Virus record (IMG/VR): IMGVR_UViG_3300025120_000020
Direction: 5' to 3' (one strand)
Origin: a virus
Length of the DNA: 64,000 bases
How positions within the stretch are numbered: the stretch's first letter is position 1; every line of letters begins with the position of its first letter. Both the position numbers and the translations under genes were made by a program. This document shows, piece after piece, positions 46,485 through 57,445 of this stretch. The notes beneath the pieces are model-generated. The model saw only the letters and a list, made by a program, of their open reading frames with translations. It did not search any database and had not been told where the DNA came from.

Positions 46485-47902
46485 GATTTACCTCCCATGT
46501 AATAAATATAATTCTTTTTAAATTTATCAGCATTTTCTGTTAAATTTACACCAGATGATGCTGGTTCCACAAACGTAACAGACTCCGTGAGGGCTGTTTG
46601 ATTTACACCACTAACCTCAGACAAAACTCCAGTAAGAGGAGTTTTACCGTATAGATCAATTGTGATTTTATCTTGAGTTATTCCAGTAAACTCTGCATAA
46701 GTTTGTATTGATTCCGATACATCATTTAATCCTAAAGTATCGTAAGCACCTTCTCCAGTGGGATAATAAATGTATCCAGAGTTTGAATGAAGTTGGCCCA
46801 ACTCTTCTTTGTAGAACGTCTTAACATCACCATTATTCAAAGTATAATACTTGTAGTAACGCTCTCCCTCGCTTCTACTTTCTGACGAAGTCAGTGATAT
46901 GCTACCAGTGAATTCTTCTCTTCCAGTTATAATCTCTAATGTCCCTGTAGAGTTATAATTGTATCCTGTAATTCCAGTTTTGAAAACAATGGTCTCAGAA
47001 TAACCTGTGACTCTTTCTACCGATGTTTCAATGGCAGGATCCTCAAAATAACTACCAATAAGCCCTTCACCCAATTCTTTTAAAAAGTCTGGGTCCATAA
47101 ATCCAGAGATGATGGCCAAACCATGTAAACTTCCACTAAATGTCGCAGTCTTATTATCTGTTGACCTAAAGTAAGTGTCGCTTCCTCCAAAATATAGAGA
47201 TAGAGTCTCAGGACCAATCAGTCGGATCACCTCATTGTCAATAAAATTTTCAGATATAGGGATCTCTACCTCTTTCGTTAAACTATTGAAATAATCAAAA
47301 TAGCTAACAATAATCTGGCTTCTACCCACAGAAACGCCGATAATATTTCTTTTAGATAATTCTACTGAACCAATTACTTTGATTGAATCTCCATCATCCC
47401 TATAAGTTTGACAAAATAAGTGTCCTCTGTCAGTAACTCCAATATTATACCCCTGTGAGTGCCTTATTTCATTACTAGATATAACAGTAACGCCAGTTTC
47501 AAAACACCCAAGTATAACGCCATCATCAATATCCCCATCTTGAAACTCAAAGTCAATTACAAACGAAATATCGGCAGCGTTTAGTCCATTTAGAGGGACT
47601 TGAAAATTACCATAGGTTAAGTCTAATTTATCTCCGACACTGGATGAAGAATCAAAAATATCACTAGCTTTATTTATAACGGCTGTGTTATCAACACCTG
47701 TTGCCCCAAGTAAAAAACCAGTGTGTAAAGAAGGTTGATTAGAATAAATAGAGTTGGGGTATGTCCCAGTAACATTTCCATCTGCCCCAGTAAAAAATCC
47801 TATGCTCAAGGCAGATGCCCCTTCAAAATCATAAAGAGCAGATAACCGTTGGTTTGAACTTTGGCCGTTCAATAAAATAGCATTTAACGCTTTCTCACTC
47901 AT
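46481..47902 (-). CDS. Virion structural protein (LamG-like N-part, TG-repeat C-part)
   Basis: In the tail operon; ALYDF, lectin-like strands, multiple xTG repeats. Confidence 0.55.
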   Translation of the reverse strand: MSEKALNAILLNGQSSNQRLSALYDFEGASALSIGFFTGADGNVTGTYPNSIYSNQPSLHTGFLLGATGVDNTAVINKASDIFDSSSSVGDKLDLTYGNFQVPLNGLNAADISFVIDFEFQDGDIDDGVILGCFETGVTVISSNEIRHSQGYNIGVTDRGHLFCQTYRDDGDSIKVIGSVELSKRNIIGVSVGRSQIIVSYFDYFNSLTKEVEIPISENFIDNEVIRLIGPETLSLYFGGSDTYFRSTDNKTATFSGSLHGLAIISGFMDPDFLKELGEGLIGSYFEDPAIETSVERVTGYSETIVFKTGITGYNYNSTGTLEIITGREEFTGSISLTSSESRSEGERYYKYYTLNNGDVKTFYKEELGQLHSNSGYIYYPTGEGAYDTLGLNDVSESIQTYAEFTGITQDKITIDLYGKTPLTGVLSEVSGVNQTALTESVTFVEPASSGVNLTENADKFKKNYIYYMGGKS

Positions 47903-49515
47903 TAATAATACTTGGCTAAGTTATAAGATATTGAATTTTGACCCGTGGCATAAGATTCTTGTATAAGTAAATTTCCGCTACACAACCCAGAAACAACTTC
48001 TTTTAGTTTATCTAATTTACTACCATCCTCACTACAATTAGCCGATACAGAATAGTTTCCTAAGCTTCGCGAAATTACCTGAGAAGCCCCAAATCCACTA
48101 ATGGTTTCTTGGACATTATTAACAGCAAGAGGCTGTTTGTTTGATATATTTAAAGATAAATTTTTCAAATTTCCTGATGAGAAATCCACTTGGTTAGAAT
48201 AATTATAATTATAAGATATGGTATTTTCAACAGGATTTTTTGATATAGAGAAAGCTAGTGGCTCTTCATTCACATAAGATGAGTTAATTTCATATCCAGT
48301 AGCAACACCAGAAAATTTCTGTAAAGCAGATATCGCTATTGCCTGTTGATCAACTTGCCCAAAAGCAGTTTCCACAGCTTGAAATCTAGCATTGCTTTCA
48401 AACTCTCCTGTAGAATCAATAAACAAAGATCCCAAATATTTCAAGTTCCCCTGAACCGCGATAGAAGAGACTGAAGCATCTTTTGATAAACTTATTGAAG
48501 ACACATAAGAGTGTAAAACATTATTATTAATAAGATCAACTTTGTCTGGGTCAGCGAAAGCGAAAGAAAAATTAAGAAGGTTGGCTCCAGTATTTAAATT
48601 GTAATTAAATGCAGACGGGCCTTCTTGAACAAAACTATAAACACCTGATTCATAATCAGAGTAGGAATTAACCAATGCATTAGTTGCTACCTCTGTGGCT
48701 TGCTCTGGAGTAAAGTTACCAGTTGATAATAAACCAACTTGACTCCCTGTATTTGCGTCCATACTGCCCTGAAGACTACCATCAATACTGATAGAGAGTT
48801 CAGAGTTGTTGCTAAATGAAATTGATGTAGAGAGGTTTAAAACACCACTATCGGAGTAAGACTTATCAGAATTATCTCTATCTCCAGCCGAGTAAGAATA
48901 AACTTCTGTAATCCCATAAATATTTTCTTTTCTATCTACGTTTTCTGTCCTAGAATTTAAAAAGGCGTTGCTCCCGCTGTTGAAGAGAGCAATATTTTCA
49001 AATCCATTAATAACCTTCCCGCTAACAAACTCACGAGCATTATCAAAAGGATCTTTAGAATTAACTTTTAATCCTTTGGCTGAAACAGTATGGGTAGCAG
49101 TAATTATTTTATTATCTCCCTCCCCATAAGACCAAGAGTTTTGTGGGTCTGTAACTCCAAAATATTCTGAAAATGTTTCTCCAGAATAATACAAGGCACT
49201 TAAGCTATAAGGAAGGACTGTAGTCGAGTCGCTTTCATTAAAATCAATACTTTCTATAAAGGCGCAAGGACAGGTTTTAGCCTCATTTTCGATGGTTATT
49301 GTTAGGTCTTGATATTCATTAAGGAAACCACTGACCATTTGCATTTTTTGCAAATCTAGCCCACTCAAGTCACTACCAGTCAGAAAGCCTATTATGTTAA
49401 CCCGAATGGTGCTATGATCTAATAATCCACCAAGCTTAACTGATTCATCTTCTTCAGAAAAAAGGGGGATTGGCTCAGGGAAAGAGTAGCTTCCGTATGT
49501 AATAGAAGTCGCCAT
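47902..49515 (-). CDS. Tail tip/distal tail-like protein
   Basis: Downstream of the tape measure; beta-rich. Confidence 0.55.
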   Translation of the reverse strand: MATSITYGSYSFPEPIPLFSEEDESVKLGGLLDHSTIRVNIIGFLTGSDLSGLDLQKMQMVSGFLNEYQDLTITIENEAKTCPCAFIESIDFNESDSTTVLPYSLSALYYSGETFSEYFGVTDPQNSWSYGEGDNKIITATHTVSAKGLKVNSKDPFDNAREFVSGKVINGFENIALFNSGSNAFLNSRTENVDRKENIYGITEVYSYSAGDRDNSDKSYSDSGVLNLSTSISFSNNSELSISIDGSLQGSMDANTGSQVGLLSTGNFTPEQATEVATNALVNSYSDYESGVYSFVQEGPSAFNYNLNTGANLLNFSFAFADPDKVDLINNNVLHSYVSSISLSKDASVSSIAVQGNLKYLGSLFIDSTGEFESNARFQAVETAFGQVDQQAIAISALQKFSGVATGYEINSSYVNEEPLAFSISKNPVENTISYNYNYSNQVDFSSGNLKNLSLNISNKQPLAVNNVQETISGFGASQVISRSLGNYSVSANCSEDGSKLDKLKEVVSGLCSGNLLIQESYATGQNSISYNLAKYY

Positions 49516-49516
49516 A

Positions 49517-51061
49517 TTAAGCTATTATATACTCTATTACACGAGTTGTTGTTCCATCAACTAAATTAGATGTGACTACATCGCTTATTCCGTGAAAATC
49601 TGTTTCTTCTAAAGCTGCATTCATTTCCGTCGTTTTGCCATTTAAAAAATTTTTACCATGATGAACTCCATATGCAGGGTCTGCTGTAGTAGTAGCAGTA
49701 ACAGTCGCTGAACCTAACGAGTTCAAACTAGAAGTAACAACTTTTTGCTTCAGATCTAATAAATCAAGAATTACACCATTCCTTTTTACTTTTTCTTGTT
49801 TTTGAACGGAAATATTAAATTTTAAAATTCCTTTGGGCAAAGGGCCAGAGTCATAAGAGTCATCTGTAGTGTATTTTATATTCTCTGTTACCAATCCTTT
49901 TGGTTTGTCAATCGTAGCAGATCTTGATTTCTCGTATATTTCTGTAGCTTCTGAAAACAACCCTACAACTTTAGTCTCATTTTTGTCTTTGTTGGAAGTC
50001 CACAAAGCTATAACACTATCATATCTTGTTTGTGAATTTTTATCTTTAGCTTTGTATGTTACACTTAAATCGTATTCGAAAAACACTCCTGCTTTATTTT
50101 TAGTGCATTTATAAGAAATGCTATTTTCTTGAGATAACTCTGGGTTAGTAGAGAAACTAATAGATAGAGAAGCTTTTTTGGAGTCTTTTGTTACGCCCTT
50201 TTGTATAGCGAATGGCTTTCCAAACTGGCTGTCTTCGTCAGATATTATACTATCTATAGTCGATCCTATAGCATCCCCCAAAACTTTAGACGAGTGATGC
50301 TTTAATGACGTTAACTCAACACTAATAACTTTGGTGAGATATCCTTTTTCATCAACTGAGGTAGAGGTGGTTATCTTTTTAGAAACATTTTCTGAATCAA
50401 CAACAAAAGAAGAGTCAAAATCTTCTTGCAGATCAACAGATAAGTTTACTAAATCTATTGTTTGGTTGAGAGTTCCATTGTAATTTTTATTAAATCTAGC
50501 ATTTTCAGATATACCATCTTCATAGTGTCCTAAACTGGGTCTATTGGCATAGTAGTAATTAGTGAGGAAGGCTTTTGCGTTTGTTAAAAACTGATTTCCC
50601 GCATCTTGAGAATATTTTATAGATATACTTCTATTATAAGAGTAGTCTGCCCCCGATCTTGTAAAAGTATAGCTTTCAGAAAAATCATCTAATAAATGAG
50701 GACTTGGAATATATTTAGCGAAGGTTTTTGAGCTATAATCATCTAACCGCCTTCTTTCTTCAATTGTTATGTCTACAGTATCTTCCCCGTTTAGCGAGCC
50801 TTCTGCAAAAGATACCCTAGTAACTAACCCGTTTAATATTTCATCTCCAGCTATACGAGCTGTTATGTTTTGCCTCTTGTAAGCTGATCTAATGGCGGCT
50901 CTTCCAGAAAGTAGAACGCCGTCATTATTGTCGAACTGTATATCTTCTACCTTTAGAGTATAATTCAAAGTAACCAAATACCCAAAAACTTCCTGACTCC
51001 CAAAATAAGAATAGGAAATTTGAGAGTTAGAGTTGATTACATTATTTACTAATAGGCTCAT
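49517..51061 (-). CDS. Distal tail-like protein
   Basis: Immediately after the tape measure; beta-rich. Confidence 0.55.
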   Translation of the reverse strand: MSLLVNNVINSNSQISYSYFGSQEVFGYLVTLNYTLKVEDIQFDNNDGVLLSGRAAIRSAYKRQNITARIAGDEILNGLVTRVSFAEGSLNGEDTVDITIEERRRLDDYSSKTFAKYIPSPHLLDDFSESYTFTRSGADYSYNRSISIKYSQDAGNQFLTNAKAFLTNYYYANRPSLGHYEDGISENARFNKNYNGTLNQTIDLVNLSVDLQEDFDSSFVVDSENVSKKITTSTSVDEKGYLTKVISVELTSLKHHSSKVLGDAIGSTIDSIISDEDSQFGKPFAIQKGVTKDSKKASLSISFSTNPELSQENSISYKCTKNKAGVFFEYDLSVTYKAKDKNSQTRYDSVIALWTSNKDKNETKVVGLFSEATEIYEKSRSATIDKPKGLVTENIKYTTDDSYDSGPLPKGILKFNISVQKQEKVKRNGVILDLLDLKQKVVTSSLNSLGSATVTATTTADPAYGVHHGKNFLNGKTTEMNAALEETDFHGISDVVTSNLVDGTTTRVIEYIIA

Positions 51062-51083
51062 ATTTAAAATTGCATATACTTAC

Positions 51084-54000
51084 TTAATATCCCGGCCCCA
51101 ATAGTGGCCGCTCACTACCCGAAAGAGCGTTATTGTCTTTTTTTCTAGCCGCAGTATCGGCAGCAAGATTCTTTAGTATTGTGTTTTGGGCTTCTATTGC
51201 TGCTTTTGCAGTTGTGGCCATCTCAAAAACTGTCACTGATAAATTTGCTATTTCTGTCGAAGCGCTTGTGTATCCCTCAAGATCGGTAGCAGCATTAGCC
51301 AAAACCATCTCTGTTTCTTTGATGACTTTTGTTAAACCCTCAACATCAAAAGCGGCGGCATAATTTTGCATTTGTGTTTTTATAGCCTCTTGTTGGGTCG
51401 CTAAAGCTCTCATTTGTTCTTCATTAGCGGTTAGCGCCTTATCAAAAGCATCTTCGTCTACGCCAGCAGACATAAACCTTTCTTTTAATGAAAGTCCAGA
51501 TGCGTCTACTTGTTCTCCACCAATGGCTCTCTTTCTAGCAACCATTGAACGATCTTCGGGAGTCATAGTCCCAATAGTAATATCTTTTATAAGCTTTTGC
51601 CTTCCTTCGTTAAGGCTGGAAGTAGCTTCGCTAATTTGAGCAACTAATTCAGCCATTCTTACGGATTGTTCATCTCCAGAAAGGCTGCTATTTCTGATAT
51701 TTTTTAACTCTTCTTGGAATCTGCCGACAATACCAAGGTCGAATATTTCACCAGTCCCTGCTTTAGTCATGTCAGACACATTTACATCGCTTCTAGCTTT
51801 ATCTCGTTCTGATATAAGATTTAACCTATCTTTTGCAGCTGCTCTTAATTCTTTAGTAACTTCATTTTGCTTTTGCTGCATGAATATCGCGCCTTCTTTA
51901 ACTCTTGCTTTAAAATCCTCTGAAGCTTTCTTTAATTCTTCTGCAAGACCTTTGTCCCCCGGCGCTGCGGCCACTTGACTCGTTAATTGTTGAATTAGAT
52001 TTTGAGCTTGAGTCGTTTCTCCAGTCATTGAAGATATACTAAAATCTCTTTTCAAAAGACTTGCGAATGGCCCCTCCTTTCCAGTCATTAAGCTCCCACC
52101 TATGAATGATTTTTCGCGTTCCTCCAAGAGTGATTTTCCCACCCTCTCAGCAATGAGATTTTTTCTTTCTTTTTCTAATGCAATTTCATTTTTCTTGATT
52201 TGATTTACATTCGCCTGAATCTTTGCTGCATTTTTTAGTGTGAAGGCAGTCTTTCGGGTTACTCTTTGAAATTCTTCTTCAAGTCTAGTGCGATCATTTG
52301 CAGAGATCTTAGAGTCGGACAATGCCTTTGTAAGCTGCTCTAGCTCCCGCGAAGTATCAAGAGACGCGATTCCAGTGTCTTTAGCTAATGTGCTTAACCT
52401 TTTTTGAATTTCTTTTTGACCGATCCTTCTACCTCGACCAGCAAGCGTGTCTCCAGCGTTATCACCTCCTTTCATTATACCCGACATAATAAACGTTCTA
52501 AGCTTCTTTACCTCAGCACCTCGTTTCTCGTCTGCCGAGAGTTTTGCGTTTTTCGCTTCAATCTTATTGGCTTCTTCCGTCATTGCTCTTGAATCCAGCA
52601 CCGCCTTTCCAAAACCCACCATAGCACCAGCCGCTGCGCCCAGTGGCCCACCAATCATAGCTCCAGCCGCAGCGAATGTTGTGATTGTGCTAGTTGCGTC
52701 CGTAAAAGCGGCAGCTGTATCCGCCCCTGCTGCTTCAAGAGGCGATGAAAAAGCACCTACAGCTTGCCCAGCCATACTAAGCCCCATACCCCCTCTCATA
52801 GAGGGAGTTCTATTTCTTAAAGCTCTGCCAGTAACACCACCAATCCTTGAATTCGCTATACCAGATCCAATTTGGCGAGCGGGGTGCATAAGATTAGCTC
52901 CAAATTGACGAACATTTCCTAAGCTAGGTCTTGCTAAGTTTCCCGCTCTAGCCCCCAAATTAGAAATGCCAGACCCGATTCGTCCAACTCTTTGGCCTAC
53001 TCCAGATCCGACTTTAGATATATTTGACCCAGCCCTATTTATAAATTGTCCAGCCCTTGAATTGTTGAAATTTTGTTGCGCTTGTGCAGCGCGTTGCTTC
53101 TTAACGAGATCGCTAACTATTTTTTGATTTCGTTTTTTAATGTCTTTAATCGGGTCTTTTCCTTTTCCCTTGCCTCCTGATCCCGCCATTCCCATGCCCA
53201 TCGCCAAGAACATCAGTGAGTCCATGTCCATACCCATAGACCCTTCATTGTATCTTTTGATTTTTAGGTTGGGCAATGAGCCTTTTGCGAAATTCCCTAG
53301 CCTACTAGCTCTTTGTGCGCTAACTGCTTTCCTTCTAGATACTCTAAGGTTCGTTCCTTTTTTGTCATGTTCTCTGGCAGCTTGTGCTTTAACTTCGCCT
53401 TCGGTGAAAGATCCAGCCCCCTTCTCTCTTCTTACTTTTCTTACGAATGATCTCTTGTTTCCATCAGAGCTAGAATTTTTAAAATCACCAATAGTCTGAC
53501 GTATCCCAAAAAGCTTTTGAATTTTGCTGATATTTGGCCCTCCTCTAACATCAAAATCACCACCCAAATCTCTTTCTCTAGCTTCATATTGTAAAGATTT
53601 GCTTATGCCCACTTCAAATGCAGATCCAATAGCACCGTTCAAAGCTCCTTTGGCTCCACGGATAGAGTCAAATCCTTTTGCTATTTCAGATACTGGGGCA
53701 GATTTATCTAATGGTTTGATCCTTGAAGTCCAATCAGCAGCCTCTTTAAATAAAGTGTTTTTAACTTTTTCCTCTAGAGAATCTTCTGTCTTGTCAGAGA
53801 TTCCTTTAATTTGGGATGACTTTATTCCATGAATTTGATGAGTCGCTTTGTGCTTCACTTTATCCACCGTCATTGGACCGAAAGAACTTCTTTCGTCTAT
53901 TTTTGGAGTCAAAAATACGAAACGATCTCCAAGTTGTTTATCATTCGCAATATTAGTCCCTTCGGCTGATCCTTTTTTCCCTTTAAATATTTTCCTCTTC

Positions 54001-55790
54001 CCGCTACCTTTGTTAAATCTAGGGATTTGATCTTCGCGTAAAATCTCTTCTCTTCCATTAATGCGAACTTGCATTTCGGAAGTGTTCATGACAGCGGGGC
54101 TACCTCTAAAATTAGTAACGAAAGGCGTTGCTCCTCTAGGAGCATCTCTAGCCTCATTCATCATGGCAGACATCAAGTTTGGTTCCATTTCTCCTGCTCC
54201 TCCAGCAGCGAAGCGCTTGCCTCCCTTGCCAGCAAAACCACCTGTTCCACTAAATCCTCTAACACCCTTTGAAGCAGCTAGCATACCGATCCTTCTTACT
54301 AGCTGTTCTTGTTGAGTTAATAATTGGTTTTCTTTTTGAATGGCCGCGATTACAGCTTGTTCTTTTTGAGCTTGTGTAGCCGTGGTGCTTGCGAGCACCT
54401 TTCTTAAGTTAGCGTCTTTTTGTAATAAGCTAACAATACCACCTTCAATATTCTTAATTCTTTCGGTAGCAGAACCCATCTGCATAACAGTCTTAAATCC
54501 ATCTTTAGCAAATTTAAGAACTGTCCCGAAAATTTTAGCGAAAGCAACTGTAAAGATAGCCAACCCCGGCCCAGATAAAAAGCCTCCAATAATTTTAAAT
54601 AAACCCTGTATAAACTTATTACCCTTTTCTGGATCGAATGCTCCATCAAGCATCTCTGAAAATTTAGTGGCAAGCCCAACTAAATTCTTTAAAAGTGGTC
54701 CGAAAGTAATGCCACCCAGTTTTGCTCCTAAGCTTGTAACAGAGACAACAAGGGAATTAATTTGAGCTGCAAGCTGCTCATTAAGTGCAATGTTTTTACT
54801 TGTAGCTTCATTAGTAGCATTAAAAGATTTTGATGTAGCTTGTCCAAAAACAGAAGCTTCACTCCCAATATCTTTTAACGCAGCACTAACAACGTTGATT
54901 TGGAAAACTCCACCAGCGAGTTCTTTAATTTTACTTGCTACAGTGGGATCTGATATATTGTCTAAAGCTTTAGAGAGTGCCTGTAGTTTTTGAACTCCAG
55001 TCTGGGTGGCATTAATCTCAACTCCCAACGACTTAAGATCTTCAATGGTAGTTCCCCTGCTCAAGCGAGTAAAAATTGATTTAAAAGCGTTACCAATAAC
55101 GGCTCCACCTCGCGCAGTTCTCTGCTCAACAGCAGTAATTAGTCCCAGTAGTTCATCAAAACTAACTCCAGCATCTTCAGCCGTAGACCCAGCTCGACTA
55201 AAACCCTCCGCAAGGTCTTGAGCGGAAACAGCAAAAGCCGTATCGACAGCAACAATTTTGTTGACCACTTGCTCCGCACTAAGTCCAGCAGAGGTGAAAC
55301 CATTCATAGCTGCCGTCAGAGCCTTTACAGACTGTTCTGCTCCCAGCCCAGATATTCTGGTTAATATAAGGGAAGCTTGCAACCTTCTAGCACTTTCTGT
55401 AGCGCTCAAACCCTGCCTCGCAAGTTCAGCAGCACCTTCAGCTACAGTCTCAAATGACTGCCCTGTAACTTTGGCCACTTGAAAAATTGAATTTCTATAT
55501 TTATTAAACTCTGAAGCTCCTGCTCCCAAGATTGAGTTAATTTCAACTAATTTAGATTGAACGGTTACTGTAGTGGAGAGGAGAGCTTTAAATGATTGGG
55601 TTACTCCATTAATAATAGCAGTCGTTGCTCCGAACGCAAAAACACGAGCAGTAGAAGCATCTAGTGATTTTTGGAACTCAGAAGCTTGACCTGTAATTCT
55701 ACCTAAAGCTTGCTGCACCTGCTTCGCAGAGGCATTGATACTAGCTGGGTTTAGGTTTAGATTAGCATTAATATTTAGTGGAGCAGCCAT
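51084..55790 (-). CDS. Tail tape measure protein
   Basis: About 1570 aa, Ala/Gly-rich helical; TP901-like core (AAELARQG, LAEGFSRAG, GNAFKSIFTR), RFAAGG/RFNKG repeats. Start placed at MAAPL. Confidence 0.92.
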   Translation of the reverse strand: MAAPLNINANLNLNPASINASAKQVQQALGRITGQASEFQKSLDASTARVFAFGATTAIINGVTQSFKALLSTTVTVQSKLVEINSILGAGASEFNKYRNSIFQVAKVTGQSFETVAEGAAELARQGLSATESARRLQASLILTRISGLGAEQSVKALTAAMNGFTSAGLSAEQVVNKIVAVDTAFAVSAQDLAEGFSRAGSTAEDAGVSFDELLGLITAVEQRTARGGAVIGNAFKSIFTRLSRGTTIEDLKSLGVEINATQTGVQKLQALSKALDNISDPTVASKIKELAGGVFQINVVSAALKDIGSEASVFGQATSKSFNATNEATSKNIALNEQLAAQINSLVVSVTSLGAKLGGITFGPLLKNLVGLATKFSEMLDGAFDPEKGNKFIQGLFKIIGGFLSGPGLAIFTVAFAKIFGTVLKFAKDGFKTVMQMGSATERIKNIEGGIVSLLQKDANLRKVLASTTATQAQKEQAVIAAIQKENQLLTQQEQLVRRIGMLAASKGVRGFSGTGGFAGKGGKRFAAGGAGEMEPNLMSAMMNEARDAPRGATPFVTNFRGSPAVMNTSEMQVRINGREEILREDQIPRFNKGSGKRKIFKGKKGSAEGTNIANDKQLGDRFVFLTPKIDERSSFGPMTVDKVKHKATHQIHGIKSSQIKGISDKTEDSLEEKVKNTLFKEAADWTSRIKPLDKSAPVSEIAKGFDSIRGAKGALNGAIGSAFEVGISKSLQYEARERDLGGDFDVRGGPNISKIQKLFGIRQTIGDFKNSSSDGNKRSFVRKVRREKGAGSFTEGEVKAQAAREHDKKGTNLRVSRRKAVSAQRASRLGNFAKGSLPNLKIKRYNEGSMGMDMDSLMFLAMGMGMAGSGGKGKGKDPIKDIKKRNQKIVSDLVKKQRAAQAQQNFNNSRAGQFINRAGSNISKVGSGVGQRVGRIGSGISNLGARAGNLARPSLGNVRQFGANLMHPARQIGSGIANSRIGGVTGRALRNRTPSMRGGMGLSMAGQAVGAFSSPLEAAGADTAAAFTDATSTITTFAAAGAMIGGPLGAAAGAMVGFGKAVLDSRAMTEEANKIEAKNAKLSADEKRGAEVKKLRTFIMSGIMKGGDNAGDTLAGRGRRIGQKEIQKRLSTLAKDTGIASLDTSRELEQLTKALSDSKISANDRTRLEEEFQRVTRKTAFTLKNAAKIQANVNQIKKNEIALEKERKNLIAERVGKSLLEEREKSFIGGSLMTGKEGPFASLLKRDFSISSMTGETTQAQNLIQQLTSQVAAAPGDKGLAEELKKASEDFKARVKEGAIFMQQKQNEVTKELRAAAKDRLNLISERDKARSDVNVSDMTKAGTGEIFDLGIVGRFQEELKNIRNSSLSGDEQSVRMAELVAQISEATSSLNEGRQKLIKDITIGTMTPEDRSMVARKRAIGGEQVDASGLSLKERFMSAGVDEDAFDKALTANEEQMRALATQQEAIKTQMQNYAAAFDVEGLTKVIKETEMVLANAATDLEGYTSASTEIANLSVTVFEMATTAKAAIEAQNTILKNLAADTAARKKDNNALSGSERPLLGPGY

Positions 55791-55804
55791 TGTAATTAAA
55801 TACA

Positions 55805-56662
55805 CTAAAAGTCTTCAGCAGTCAGCTTTCCTCCTTTTTGTGCCATTTTTGCTCTAAGGTCAGAGACCCCTTCTTTGACTTTATCTCCCTGCGCCCTATC
55901 TTCTTTTGGCTGGAAATTATATATTTTTACAGCGTCTTCCCTAATGTCATCAGGAATATCAAGATTTTTAAGTTTACTCAAAAGGACGGAAGCGTAAGAT
56001 AATAGGTTTTTTTGCCATATTGTTATTTTGTAAATGTTTGTGTCAAGAATCTGATTTGGATCTCTATAATTTAAACAATATACATCAAAAAAGTAAGATT
56101 CATAAGAGACTTTCAATAAATTCTCAATATTTGTTAGTTCTTCTATCTTTGAATTAACCTCTGAAATTAAAAAAAACAAATCTTCCTCATTTACATTTCT
56201 AGTCATCTCCTTATCGTAAAAGAGGCTTAGACTTATTTCCTTATTAGCCCTTTTTCTTTTTCCTAGATTTTCAGCGCTATGATTAGTAAATTGATTCTTT
56301 TTTGTTTCTAATTCAGTAAGCTGACCTAACTGTTTTGCAACAGAATCTTCAAAAGCTTTTTTAGTATTATTATCTGCTATTTTTGCAGAAGCCTTTTTGG
56401 ACTTTTCAATAATCCATTTTAAGTCCTTCATTGAAGACTCTTCCTCTTTCGACCACCCTCCTCTATTTATTGCTAACTCTAGAAGCTCATCTTCGCCCTT
56501 GATACCTTGCTTTTTAGCTTCAGTAATACAATCTAACTCAAACTCTTCAAGCTTTAAGCTATCATATACTCCAAAATGTTTGAAGTAATAGTTTTTATAC
56601 TTGTGAGTTATTTTACTGTAACCTCGCAGTATATCTAAGAGTAGTGAATTGCACTTGTTCAT
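55805..56662 (-). CDS. Tail assembly chaperone-like protein
   Basis: Helical, directly upstream of the tape measure gene. Confidence 0.55.
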   Translation of the reverse strand: MNKCNSLLLDILRGYSKITHKYKNYYFKHFGVYDSLKLEEFELDCITEAKKQGIKGEDELLELAINRGGWSKEEESSMKDLKWIIEKSKKASAKIADNNTKKAFEDSVAKQLGQLTELETKKNQFTNHSAENLGKRKRANKEISLSLFYDKEMTRNVNEEDLFFLISEVNSKIEELTNIENLLKVSYESYFFDVYCLNYRDPNQILDTNIYKITIWQKNLLSYASVLLSKLKNLDIPDDIREDAVKIYNFQPKEDRAQGDKVKEGVSDLRAKMAQKGGKLTAEDF

Positions 56663-57441
56663 TCATCACCGAAGACATCTTTCATTTTCTCTTCGATCTC
56701 TTTTTGATTCGCTCCCATTTTGTTATACCACAAATTAGCGACCCTAGCTAAAGTCTCAAAGGATAAATCAAAAATTGCCTTGTTGTCTAAAAGAGAAATG
56801 TCTTCAATGTCTTCCTCATCTTCACACAACTGCAAGTAATGCTTTCGCTTCTGATCAAAATCGTCTCCCAAGAATAAAGGGAAGACTTCTACGGAATCAT
56901 TTACCTTATCTTCATAATAAGAAAAGTTAAAGATAAACCATTCAATAAGCTTCTGCTCTGCTTTTGCTTCTGCCGTCTGGTTGTATTGAATTCGATAAAA
57001 CTCTTCGAACTCCGCTACAGTTCTTTGTGTTTCAGCAAATGTTGCTTTTGCTTCTTCAAGTTTTTTTTCCTGCTCTTCATCAAGGTCTTTCTGGCCTTCG
57101 TAAAATTCAATAATCTTGGCAGCTTCCATATTTTCAACAAAAGCTTTATTGATTATCTCATTACTCAACTTAGAAGAAGAACCTCCTGAGTCGCCAATTT
57201 TATTGTTAAGCAGGAATCTGGTTAAATATCCAGCGTTGATAAAATCATTATACTGCTGACCATAAAAGAACTCTGCATTTTCAATCTCAGCAAAAGAAGG
57301 TTTAGCGAACACAACCCTATTAGAGATAGTTTTAGTTTTTATTTTCGAGGTTTCTACGATCTCCCCTTTAGCGTTCTCTTTCTCTACCGAAACCTTTTGC
57401 TTGACTTTTCTTTTAATTGGGAATGAATACAGCTCTTTCAT
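56659..57441 (-). CDS. Tail assembly chaperone-like protein
   Basis: Position between the tail tube and tape measure genes. Confidence 0.55.
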   Translation of the reverse strand: MKELYSFPIKRKVKQKVSVEKENAKGEIVETSKIKTKTISNRVVFAKPSFAEIENAEFFYGQQYNDFINAGYLTRFLLNNKIGDSGGSSSKLSNEIINKAFVENMEAAKIIEFYEGQKDLDEEQEKKLEEAKATFAETQRTVAEFEEFYRIQYNQTAEAKAEQKLIEWFIFNFSYYEDKVNDSVEVFPLFLGDDFDQKRKHYLQLCEDEEDIEDISLLDNKAIFDLSFETLARVANLWYNKMGANQKEIEEKMKDVFGDE

Positions 57442-57445
57442 AAAC

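Noticed and set aside
51133-55482. Many plus-strand ORFs antisense to the tape measure gene (and similar shadows of clp, nrd and capsid genes)
   Set aside because: Shadow frames caused by codon bias; no recognisable motifs or start signals.
56659-56720. Lambda G/GT-type frameshift between the tail chaperones
   Set aside because: The -1 frame has TGA TGA immediately before the downstream ATG and there is no in-phase slippery heptamer.
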